A DNA stretch of 45,622 nt from Patescibacteria group bacterium (lineage in GTDB: Bacteria > Patescibacteriota > Patescibacteriia > Patescibacteriales > UBA12465), in contig JARRBY010000002.1 of assembly GCA_029982795.1 (NCBI GenBank), forward strand, positions 1 to 45,622. The letters are read 5' to 3'. Shown one piece after another: positions 19,151 to 26,817 of the stretch. The stretch's first letter is position 1, and each line of letters opens with the position of its first letter. Position numbers and translations under genes: made by a program. Under the pieces are notes generated by a model. The model was not told the DNA's origin and did not search any database. It saw only the letters and a list, made by a program, of their open reading frames with translations.

Positions 19151-20056
19151 TTATTTTAAAATATTTTTTTTAAATTTATTTATCAGAGCCACCAACTCTT
19201 CAGCGCTATAAAAATCTATAATTAACTGTCCTCCGCGACCACGTCTTTTTAAAGTTACCTTTGTACTTAAAGCCTGACTAAGGGCAACCTCTAATTCTCT
19301 ATCATCTTCCGTTTGATAATTGTTCTGTTTCTTGCCGCTTAATCGTTTAACCTCCTTCGCGGCATCCGCCACTGTTAAATTATAACGCAGAATTTTTTTT
19401 AACATGTTAAGCTGCTTGTTTTCATCAGTTAAAGCTAAAAGTTGCTTAGCATGCGCCTCGCTAATATTACCTGTCGCTAAAGCATTCTGGGCTGCCGGTG
19501 GTAACGATAAAAGTCGCAAAGCATTAGCGACACTAGAACGCGCCTTCCCCACTTTTTTAGCAACCTCATCTTGAGTTAAGTTAAACTCAGTCATTAACAT
19601 TTGATAAGCGCGAGCTGTTTCAAGTGGATTTAAATTCTCTCTTTGTAAATTTTCAATTAAAGCAAACTCCAATTTCTTTTGATTACTTTCTTCACGCACT
19701 ATAACCGGCACCTCTTGCAAACCAATAATTTTAGAGCTCCGTAGACGTCTTTCACCAGCAATTAATTCAAATCTATTATTATCTTTCCTGGTAACAACCA
19801 GTGGTTGCAATATCCCATGCTCCTTAATTGATTGGGCTAAATCATTAAGTGCGGCATCGGAAAAATAACTCCTAGGTTGAAAAGGGTTAAAATCAATTTT
19901 ATTGGGATTAATTCTTAAAATCCTATCAGTGTCAGAAATGACTTCATTTTTTTCCTCCGAACCGGTATTCTCTTCCGAAGAAAAGGGATTTTGACCATAA
20001 GACACTGTTTTTTTGGGAATTAAGGAACCAAGTCCTCTACCTAATCCTTGTGCCAT
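19151..20056 (-). CDS. parB: Chromosome partitioning protein ParB/Spo0J
   Basis: 301 aa. ParB N-terminal box with LIAGERRLRS, followed by an HTH region. Confidence 0.93.
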   Translation of the reverse strand: MAQGLGRGLGSLIPKKTVSYGQNPFSSEENTGSEEKNEVISDTDRILRINPNKIDFNPFQPRSYFSDAALNDLAQSIKEHGILQPLVVTRKDNNRFELIAGERRLRSSKIIGLQEVPVIVREESNQKKLEFALIENLQRENLNPLETARAYQMLMTEFNLTQDEVAKKVGKARSSVANALRLLSLPPAAQNALATGNISEAHAKQLLALTDENKQLNMLKKILRYNLTVADAAKEVKRLSGKKQNNYQTEDDRELEVALSQALSTKVTLKRRGRGGQLIIDFYSAEELVALINKFKKNILK

Positions 20057-20081
20057 AGAATATTCTTAAATTATTTAAAAC

Positions 20082-20846
20082 TTATTTTTCTAAACTTAAA
20101 ATTTCTCTCGTTAAATTCTCATAAGCGCGTCCTCCCTTAGACTTTGGATCATAATGCATAATTGAACGACCATAGCTGGGCGCCTCAGCTAAACGGACGG
20201 TTCGAGGAATAACGGAACGAAATATTTTATTAGGAAAATATTTATAAAGCTCTTCCATCACCGCTCCTGATAATTTATTACGCTTATCAAACATAGTAAT
20301 TACTGCTCCCATTATTCCTAATTTTGGTTGCAAATTATTCTGCACCAAACTAATTGTTTCCAATAATTGACTTAAACCTTCAAGTGCATAGTATTCACTT
20401 TGAATCGGTATCAAAACTTCATCTGAAGCCACTAAGCTGTTAATCGTTAATAGGCCTAAAGATGGCGGACCATCAATAATTATATAATCATAATTATTCT
20501 TTTCTTCATTTAGTATTCTCGCTAAACGAAATTCTCGGTCAGAAAGATTTACCATCTCAATACCTGCTCCCGCCAAGGCCGGTGTTGCGGGAGCAATTTT
20601 CAAACCAGCTTGCATAGTTCTTTTTAAAACCTGATAAAGAGGCTTTATTCCAATTAAAGCCTCATATATTCCCGCTTCCAGTTCACGATAATCAACCCCC
20701 AAACCAGAGGTGGCATTAGCTTGAGGATCTAAATCAATCAATAGAACTCGTTTTTTAAAATACGCCAAATAAGCGCTCACATTGATCGCTGTTGTCGTTT
20801 TTCCAACTCCTCCCTTTTGGTTAACAACCGAAATAATTTTCCCCAT
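20082..20846 (-). CDS. parA: Chromosome partitioning ATPase ParA/Soj
   Basis: 254 aa with deviant Walker A NQKGGVGKTT. Confidence 0.94.
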   Translation of the reverse strand: MGKIISVVNQKGGVGKTTTAINVSAYLAYFKKRVLLIDLDPQANATSGLGVDYRELEAGIYEALIGIKPLYQVLKRTMQAGLKIAPATPALAGAGIEMVNLSDREFRLARILNEEKNNYDYIIIDGPPSLGLLTINSLVASDEVLIPIQSEYYALEGLSQLLETISLVQNNLQPKLGIMGAVITMFDKRNKLSGAVMEELYKYFPNKIFRSVIPRTVRLAEAPSYGRSIMHYDPKSKGGRAYENLTREILSLEK

Positions 20847-20869
20847 ATTTAACTAAACTAATTATTTTT

Positions 20870-20898
20870 ATTATAACCTATGAAAGAGCTTTTGACAA
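20870..20898 (-). promoter_or_regulatory. Predicted promoter for parA-parB
   Basis: On the minus strand: TTGTCA (20893-20898), exactly 17 nt spacer, consensus TATAAT (20870-20875). About 17-nt leader to the ATG. Confidence 0.55.
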
Positions 20899-20948
20899 TT
20901 TTATAAAATAACAATATGAAATAAATAAATTTAATAAAAATTCTTCTT

Positions 20949-20977
20949 TTGACAAATAATAAGCAGTTTATTATACT
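20949..20977 (+). promoter_or_regulatory. Predicted promoter for tRNA-Leu
   Basis: Consensus TTGACA (20949-20954), 17 nt spacer, TATACT (20972-20977). The tRNA starts 16 nt downstream. Confidence 0.55.
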
Positions 20978-20992
20978 GATACTAGCTTATTT

Positions 20993-21076
20993 GCCGCGAT
21001 GGCGGAACTGGTAGACGCGCACGACTCAAACTCGTGTGGAGGAAACTTCATGAGGGTTCGACCCCCTCTCGCGGCA
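20993..21076 (+). tRNA. tRNA-Leu (anticodon CAA), long variable arm, no encoded CCA
   Basis: Acceptor GCCGCGA/TCGCGGC, anticodon stem CACGA/TCGTG with loop CTCAAAC, long variable arm, T arm GAGGG-TTCGACC-CCCTC, discriminator A. Confidence 0.9.
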
Positions 21077-21105
21077 CAAAAAAACAGGTTAAAACCTGTT
21101 TTTTT
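21077..21105. terminator. Bidirectional rho-independent terminator (tRNA-Leu / 117-aa ORF)
   Basis: A7, stem ACAGG (21084-21088) pairing with CCTGT (21095-21099), then T7. Confidence 0.75.
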
Positions 21106-21117
21106 ATTTATATCTTA

Positions 21118-21471
21118 TTAAGCTTTTTTAAAATGAACGGTAAAGATAGGTTCATATTCAACCTTATTTTCATCAATCAAGCGTCGTAATTTCCCTTGAC
21201 TAAACTCTAATAAAGCAAGATCGGAAAGCAATTGATTATCAGAAGCAATATTTAATTTCAAACCTTCTAATTTATCAAACTCTTCTTTAAAATCAGCTTT
21301 TATGTTTTTTTCTAACTGCTTTTTTTTATTTTTTAACTCTTCTAATTCTTTACTTATTAGCTGATATTCTCCATTTGCAGCTAAAGCTTCTCTGTACATT
21401 GCTTTTAGTTCACGTTGTTGTTTTTTCTTTTCTTGCCGGCGTAAAAAAACCGTGGATAAATCTTGAGCCAT
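21118..21471 (-). CDS. Hypothetical small coiled-coil protein
   Basis: 117 aa with charged heptad-like sequence (ELEELKNKKKQLEKNIKADFKEEFDKLE). I recognise no family. Confidence 0.5.
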   Translation of the reverse strand: MAQDLSTVFLRRQEKKKQQRELKAMYREALAANGEYQLISKELEELKNKKKQLEKNIKADFKEEFDKLEGLKLNIASDNQLLSDLALLEFSQGKLRRLIDENKVEYEPIFTVHFKKA

Positions 21472-21510
21472 AATTTATTTTTTTATTTTTTAATTCTGAA
21501 AAGAATTATA

Positions 21511-22611
21511 TCACTTTATTATCCCTCCGCCTAGAACTTGATCTTTATTATAGAAAACAACACTTTGTCCGGGGGTAATTGCTCTTTGTGGCTTTTGAAA
21601 TTTAACTAAATATTTTTTACTTGTTTGCGGAATTACTTCACATTTTTCCGCCCGATGACCATAACGAATCATAGCTTCACAAATAATTTTACGTTTTATA
21701 GGCGTACCTTTTAACCAGTTAACATTAAGTGCAATTAAATTATCTTTATACAAAATACTCTGATTCCAAGTTTTAACAACATATAATATATTTTTTTTGT
21801 AATCAAAGCCGGAAACATAATAAGGTCCCGTTCCTCCAATTTCTATACCTCGTCTCTGACCAATAGTATACAATGGCAATCCCTGATGATGACCAATTAC
21901 TTTATTATCCTCATCAACTGATACTATCTCCCCCCCTTCTAATTTTAAATATTTCTTTAAAAAATTATTGTGTGACCCTGATAAAAAACAAATATCTTGA
22001 CTTTCCGCCTTACTCTCTACACCTAATTGATACTTTGCAGCTAATTTACGAACCTCACTTTTTTTATACTTCCCCAAAGGAAATAAAAGGTGACTTAACT
22101 CATCTTGAGTAAAAGTATAAAGAAAATAAGATTGATCTTTAGTCTGATCTTTTGCTCGCAATAATTGAAAAAAACCATTCTTTTTTTGTAGGTTTATATA
22201 ATGCCCCGTTGCAACATAATCAAAACCCAGTGCTTGCGCCGTCTTAATTAATTTTCCGATTTTTATCTGTTTATTACAAACAACACAAGGATTAGGTGTT
22301 CTCCCCGCGGCATATTCATGCAAAAAATTATCAACCACTTGTTCCTTAAATGGTTGCGAAAAATCTAAAGTATATAAAGGAATCCCGATTTTCGCTGCTA
22401 CTTTTTTTGCATCAAGTAATGACTCTAAAGAACAACATCTATTCTCATTAGCCCTAGGGTTGTCATCTTTCCAAAAATTTAAAAAGACCCCGGCAACTTC
22501 GTATCCCAAGTCTACCAACAACTTAGCTGCCACCGAAGAATCAACGCCACCACTCATGCCCACTAAAACTTTTTTCTTTTTATTTTTCTTAATATTTTTT
22601 ATACTTACCAT
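21511..22611 (-). CDS. mnmA: tRNA-specific 2-thiouridylase MnmA
   Basis: 366 aa. PP-loop VGMSGGVDSS and catalytic Cys context (TPNPCVVCN). Confidence 0.94.
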   Translation of the reverse strand: MVSIKNIKKNKKKKVLVGMSGGVDSSVAAKLLVDLGYEVAGVFLNFWKDDNPRANENRCCSLESLLDAKKVAAKIGIPLYTLDFSQPFKEQVVDNFLHEYAAGRTPNPCVVCNKQIKIGKLIKTAQALGFDYVATGHYINLQKKNGFFQLLRAKDQTKDQSYFLYTFTQDELSHLLFPLGKYKKSEVRKLAAKYQLGVESKAESQDICFLSGSHNNFLKKYLKLEGGEIVSVDEDNKVIGHHQGLPLYTIGQRRGIEIGGTGPYYVSGFDYKKNILYVVKTWNQSILYKDNLIALNVNWLKGTPIKRKIICEAMIRYGHRAEKCEVIPQTSKKYLVKFQKPQRAITPGQSVVFYNKDQVLGGGIIK

Positions 22612-22612
22612 A

Positions 22613-23767
22613 TTATTTTAAATCTTGCCATAATTTTATATAAGCTCGCGCTGTTTTTTCCCAGGAAAATAAGGCGGCTTGTTTTTCTCCACGTTTAATT
22701 AACTCCGCTCGCAAATTATCATCCTTTAATACTAAGTGAAGAGCTTGTTTTATCTCATCGGGACGAAACGGATCAACCAATAAAGCACTTCTGCCTAATA
22801 TTTCCGGCAAACTAGAAACATTGGAAGCTACCACCGGCAAAGAAAAACGCATTGCTTCCAAAGGGGGAAAACCAAAACCTTCATAAAAAGAAGGATAAGC
22901 AAAAACAGTTGCTAAGCGATATAGATACTCTTTCTCTTGAGTATCTACATAACCTAAAAATTTAATATCATCTTTATAGGGTGAATTCTTCCAAGTTTGA
23001 TAAATAGCTTTATGTTTCCAGCCGGGGGCACCGGCGATAACAAGCGCCACATCTGCTAATTCCGGTTCAGCTTGACGCAATAAATTATAGGCTAATATTA
23101 AATTACTTAAATTTTTACGTGGTTCAATATTGCCAACAAATAATATAAAACGCAACGGTAAACCTAATTTTTGACGATAATTTTGAAGCGCTTTTGTATC
23201 TACAACCGGTAATATATCATAGTTATTCCCGGAATAAATCACAACAATTTTTTCAGCCGGAATCTTTAACACCTCAATTAAATCCGCTTTTGTATTGGCA
23301 GAAACGGCCACTATAACATCCGCTCTTTCCAATAACTTCTTTAGGCGTAAAGCCTGATGCCAAAAATTTTTACGATAACTAAAAAACTGCGGATGACGCA
23401 AAAACGAAATATCATGAATAGTAATAACAAATTTAGTACCTTTTTTTAAATTAATAAAATTAAAATGAGGAGAAAAATAGATGTCAACTCCTCCCAAAAA
23501 TTTATCTATTTTCGGTTGCTTTAAAAATTTTTGTAACAAATAGTTAAAAATCTTATTAGGATAACGGCTTCCCCGGCGACTACAATTTAAACGTTCAAAT
23601 TTTTTTAACTTTAAATAAGAATTGTTAAAAGTATTATAAAAAAGATAATATTGTGAATTAGTATCAATTTGCAAAATTGCTTCTAATAAATTAGCGGCAT
23701 ATTCTGCTACGCCGCTATAATGCTCATCTAATAACACTCTGGCGTCTATACCAATTTTAAGCTTCAT
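22613..23767 (-). CDS. Glycosyltransferase family 4
   Basis: 384 aa. The EGFGFPPLEAMRFSLPVVAS motif, GT-B fold pattern. Confidence 0.88.
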   Translation of the reverse strand: MKLKIGIDARVLLDEHYSGVAEYAANLLEAILQIDTNSQYYLFYNTFNNSYLKLKKFERLNCSRRGSRYPNKIFNYLLQKFLKQPKIDKFLGGVDIYFSPHFNFINLKKGTKFVITIHDISFLRHPQFFSYRKNFWHQALRLKKLLERADVIVAVSANTKADLIEVLKIPAEKIVVIYSGNNYDILPVVDTKALQNYRQKLGLPLRFILFVGNIEPRKNLSNLILAYNLLRQAEPELADVALVIAGAPGWKHKAIYQTWKNSPYKDDIKFLGYVDTQEKEYLYRLATVFAYPSFYEGFGFPPLEAMRFSLPVVASNVSSLPEILGRSALLVDPFRPDEIKQALHLVLKDDNLRAELIKRGEKQAALFSWEKTARAYIKLWQDLK

Positions 23768-24875
23768 AATTATTTTTTACCTTTAAAATTACCTCTTTTA
23801 TTTTTTGCTCGAATTTAGATAAAGAAAAATTCTCCGCCCAAGCTTTAATTTCAGTCGGATTAAAGTCTTGCTGATAAAAAGATTTTATTGCCTTATATAC
23901 TCCTTCTTTATTTTGCTCACTAAAGAAAACTCCCGTTTTCCCCTCTACTACTGTTTCCGTAGCCCCCCCTTTTTTATAAGCAATTACCGGTCGTCCTGAA
24001 GCCATCGATTCAACCGCGGTAATCCCAAAATCTTCTTCTTGCGGATTAATAAAAGCCTCAGCCTGACTATAAAGTTCAATTTTTTCCGCTTCACTCACAC
24101 GACCTAAAAAAGAAATATTTTGCGCTTCACCAGCTATTTTTTTCAAACGTTTTAAATCAACTCCATCGCCAAAAATACGTAACTTATACTCTGGCAATAA
24201 ATCTCGAAAAGCCTCAATCACTATATCAACTCTCTTATAGGGCGCCAAACGACAACCAACTAAGAAATACTTCTCTGAATTTTGATTTCGTGGCGTAATT
24301 TTAAACTTAGTTGTTTCAACCGGAGGATAAATAACTTCAGCTTCACGTTGGTAATATTTTTTTATACGCTGGCTCACTGTTTGAGAATTGGCAATAAAAT
24401 AATCCACTCGATCAGCCGCCAATCTATCCCAAATTCTAATACGATTTAATATTAAAGAAATAATCTTTTTTAACCATTTATTATATTTAAGCTCATTAAT
24501 ATACTGATGAGTATCACTCCACAAATAACGAGTTGGCGTATGGCAATAACAAATGTGAGGTATCTGTGGTTGGGTAATTACTCCCTTGGCAAAAGAACTA
24601 GTATCAGAAATCACTAAATCAAAATTACGTAAATCAAAAAATTCAACCGCCATGGGCATAAAATATAAATACCATTGATAATGTTTAACACCACCGGGTA
24701 AACGTTGTATAATTGAAGTTTCTATCTTCCTCCCTCGAAAATATTTATTAACATTCCTTTTTTCGTAGAGTAGGGTATAAATTACTGCCTCCGGAAACAT
24801 ATCCGCTAAAACCTTTAGTACTTTTTCCGCCCCACCATCTTGAGCCAAATGATCATGTATTAGAGCAACTCTCAT
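23757..24875 (-). CDS. Glycosyltransferase family 4
   Basis: 372 aa. The EDFGITAVESMASGRPVIA motif. 11-nt overlap with the downstream GT4 gene. Confidence 0.88.
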   Translation of the reverse strand: MRVALIHDHLAQDGGAEKVLKVLADMFPEAVIYTLLYEKRNVNKYFRGRKIETSIIQRLPGGVKHYQWYLYFMPMAVEFFDLRNFDLVISDTSSFAKGVITQPQIPHICYCHTPTRYLWSDTHQYINELKYNKWLKKIISLILNRIRIWDRLAADRVDYFIANSQTVSQRIKKYYQREAEVIYPPVETTKFKITPRNQNSEKYFLVGCRLAPYKRVDIVIEAFRDLLPEYKLRIFGDGVDLKRLKKIAGEAQNISFLGRVSEAEKIELYSQAEAFINPQEEDFGITAVESMASGRPVIAYKKGGATETVVEGKTGVFFSEQNKEGVYKAIKSFYQQDFNPTEIKAWAENFSLSKFEQKIKEVILKVKNNYEA

Positions 24876-24886
24876 AGTTTATATAA

Positions 24887-26302
24887 TTATTCCACTTCCC
24901 GATGTTTAAAAACAGCAAGTGGTGTTCTAAATAAAATTGATAAATCTAAAAGTAAAGACCAATTTTCAATATAATAGATATCAAGTTTTGCTTCCTCTTC
25001 AAATAATAAATCACTACGACCAGAAATCTGCGCTAAACCAGTTATGCCGGGCTTAATTGTTAATGTCTTACGATGATAATTTTCATATTTTGCTACTTCT
25101 TCTGGTAAATGTGGTCTGGGACCAACTAAACTCATCCGACCGATGAAAACCAAAAATAATTCGGGTAATTCATCAATGGAAAAACGACGAATAAATTTAC
25201 CCACCCGAGTAACGCGCGGATCATCTTTAATTTTAACCATCGGACCATCAGAACGAACATTACGATCAGCTAATTCCCTATACCGCATACTGTCGGAATT
25301 CGGAATCATAGAACGAAATTTAAAATATTTAAAAGGTTTCCCTCCTTCTCCCACTCGGTATAAATAAGAACCATCATCTCGACGAGAAAAGAAAATTGGG
25401 CCACGTGAATCTAATTTAATTGCTAAAATAGCAAGTAACATAATAGGAGATAAAAGAATAATTAAAATACCAGAACCAATAATATCAAATACTCTTTTAA
25501 AAACTCGACCCCAGCCATCTAAAGTAGTTCGTTTTACTTCCACAATAGGCACGCCGGCCACTTCAGTCACTTCTGTACGTAATACTTTTACCTCTAATAA
25601 ATCAGCCACATAACGAAAAGTAATGTGATTATCATTGGCAAAATCATACAAACGTAAAGTTTCCGCCTTGGTTAAATTAGGATCACTTTGAATTATTTCA
25701 TCAATCTGTCTATCTTTTATAAATTCTAATAACTCCTGGGCTGTTTCTAAAGAAAAATCTCGCACTCGCTTTACCACCTCATAGCCTGATTGCTTATTAC
25801 TAGAAAATTCAGCAATTAAATTTTCCGTTGTTTTGGAATTCCCTACCAAAATAACTTTTCGCACCCCCACACCATAAGCAAAAAGACGTCTTTGCAACCA
25901 ACGAATAAAAATACGTACAATTATTAAATAAACAAAAGCAAATAAAAAACCAATCAAAACAATAAAACGAGAATCAAATAAATCTCGAGAGAAAAAGATA
26001 ATAATCGCCACCAGAGCTAAACCAGCGGCGCAAGAAACAAAGATTCGCTGTATTTCTTGCGCTAATTTACGAGCACTTTTTATCTGATAAAGACCCGAAA
26101 TAGCAAAAATTATAATACACAAAAAAGAAATAAGAAGCAAAGATGAGAAATATTCATTAAATGGTAGATTAAAAATCACCGGTCGTCGCTCTATCATCCA
26201 AGCTGAAAAACGAAGATAATAAGCAGAAATTCCGGCTAAAACAAGGACAATAAAATCAATCGGGATAAATAAAACCGAAAAAAATAATTCGGGTTTTTTC
26301 AT
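24887..26302 (-). CDS. Polyprenyl-phosphate hexose-1-phosphate transferase (large WbaP/PGT-type sugar transferase)
   Basis: 471 aa. N-terminal TM bundle, central nucleotide-binding-like region and C-terminal bacterial sugar transferase domain (DELPELFLVFIGRMSLVGPRP). Confidence 0.88.
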   Translation of the reverse strand: MKKPELFFSVLFIPIDFIVLVLAGISAYYLRFSAWMIERRPVIFNLPFNEYFSSLLLISFLCIIIFAISGLYQIKSARKLAQEIQRIFVSCAAGLALVAIIIFFSRDLFDSRFIVLIGFLFAFVYLIIVRIFIRWLQRRLFAYGVGVRKVILVGNSKTTENLIAEFSSNKQSGYEVVKRVRDFSLETAQELLEFIKDRQIDEIIQSDPNLTKAETLRLYDFANDNHITFRYVADLLEVKVLRTEVTEVAGVPIVEVKRTTLDGWGRVFKRVFDIIGSGILIILLSPIMLLAILAIKLDSRGPIFFSRRDDGSYLYRVGEGGKPFKYFKFRSMIPNSDSMRYRELADRNVRSDGPMVKIKDDPRVTRVGKFIRRFSIDELPELFLVFIGRMSLVGPRPHLPEEVAKYENYHRKTLTIKPGITGLAQISGRSDLLFEEEAKLDIYYIENWSLLLDLSILFRTPLAVFKHREVE

Positions 26303-26325
26303 ATATATATTAGCTAATTTTAAAA

Positions 26326-26697
26326 TTATTAAGGCAGTTGTAAGCCGGATTCTGTTTTAGGCGACATTTATCTAGGCTTACTATTACTAGTAAGCTCAAG
26401 CGAGCTACTTTGTCTTTTTCTAAAATAAATTAAAAAAAGTTTGCTCTTGCTTCAGATAGGGTTTACCGCGCCATCTTCGTCACCGAAGGGCGAGATCAGT
26501 AGCCTGTTAGACACCTGACCCCTTTTCACGTTTCGTTTCTTAAAAAGAAACTAGTATAGTCTCTGTGGCACTTTCCCTGGAAACGCTCGACTGGAACCGT
26601 AGCGTCCCGGTGGATGTTATCCACTATCTTTAATGAAGTCCGGACTTTCCTCTCCTTTTTATTAGAAAAAGGAGTAATCGCTCACTTACCCTAATAA
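26326..26697 (-). ncRNA. rnpB: RNase P RNA, bacterial type A-like, compact
   Basis: The minus strand carries the universal P4 strands GAGGAAAGUCCGGAC (5') and ACAGAAUCCGGCUUA (3'). It also has AGUGCCACAGAGA, GCGGUAAAC and GCUUGAGC...CCUAGAUAAAUG blocks collinear with E. coli M1 RNA. The ends form a 15-bp P1 (UUAUUAGGGUAAGUG / CAACUGCCUUAAUAA). The region is a GC-rich island with no ORF. End coordinates are +/-5 nt. Confidence 0.88.
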
Positions 26698-26705
26698 CGT
26701 TATAA

Positions 26706-26734
26706 ATATTACAATAAAAAGCCAAAAAAAGCAA
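26706..26734 (-). promoter_or_regulatory. Predicted rnpB promoter, embedded in the preceding terminator
   Basis: On the minus strand: TTGCTT (26729-26734), 17 nt spacer, TAATAT (26706-26711). The predicted TSS is about 7-9 nt downstream and coincides with the inferred P1 5' end (about 26697). Confidence 0.5.
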
Positions 26735-26750
26735 TATTTTTTGGCTTTTA
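26716..26750 (-). terminator. Rho-independent terminator after the 1103-aa gene
   Basis: AAAAGCCAAAAAA (26717-26729) pairs with TTTTTTGGCTTTT (26737-26749) around a 7-nt loop. Confidence 0.75.
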
Positions 26751-26817
26751 TGCAAATTATAATAATAGCTATTATATTAGCAAAATAATAGGCGAAAACC
26801 GGCTGATAAGTTTCTTT

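Noticed and set aside
20892-20898. TTGACAA read as a shared -35 for divergent promoters
   Set aside because: The minus-strand reading (TTGTCA-17-TATAAT) is convincing and is reported. The plus-strand reading pairs only with a weak TATGAA -10, and the better tRNA-Leu promoter lies downstream at 20949.
19010-20992. parS sites (TGTTNCACGTGAAACA-like) or DnaA-box clusters near parAB/dnaE that would indicate oriC
   Set aside because: I found no 16-bp parS-like palindrome and no TTATCCACA clusters in these intergenic regions. CACGTG-containing sites elsewhere (about 1153 and about 25395) lack the flanking half-sites.
21492-21507. Small hairpin AATTCT-GAAA-AGAATT between mnmA and the 117-aa ORF as a terminator
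   Set aside because: On the transcribed minus strand it is followed by A-runs, not a U-tract. It has only a 6-bp AU-rich stem and is probably not functional.
26617-26624. TTATCCAC DnaA-box-like octamer
   Set aside because: It is a single copy lying inside a helix (GUGGAUAACAUCCAC) of RNase P RNA, so it is coincidental.
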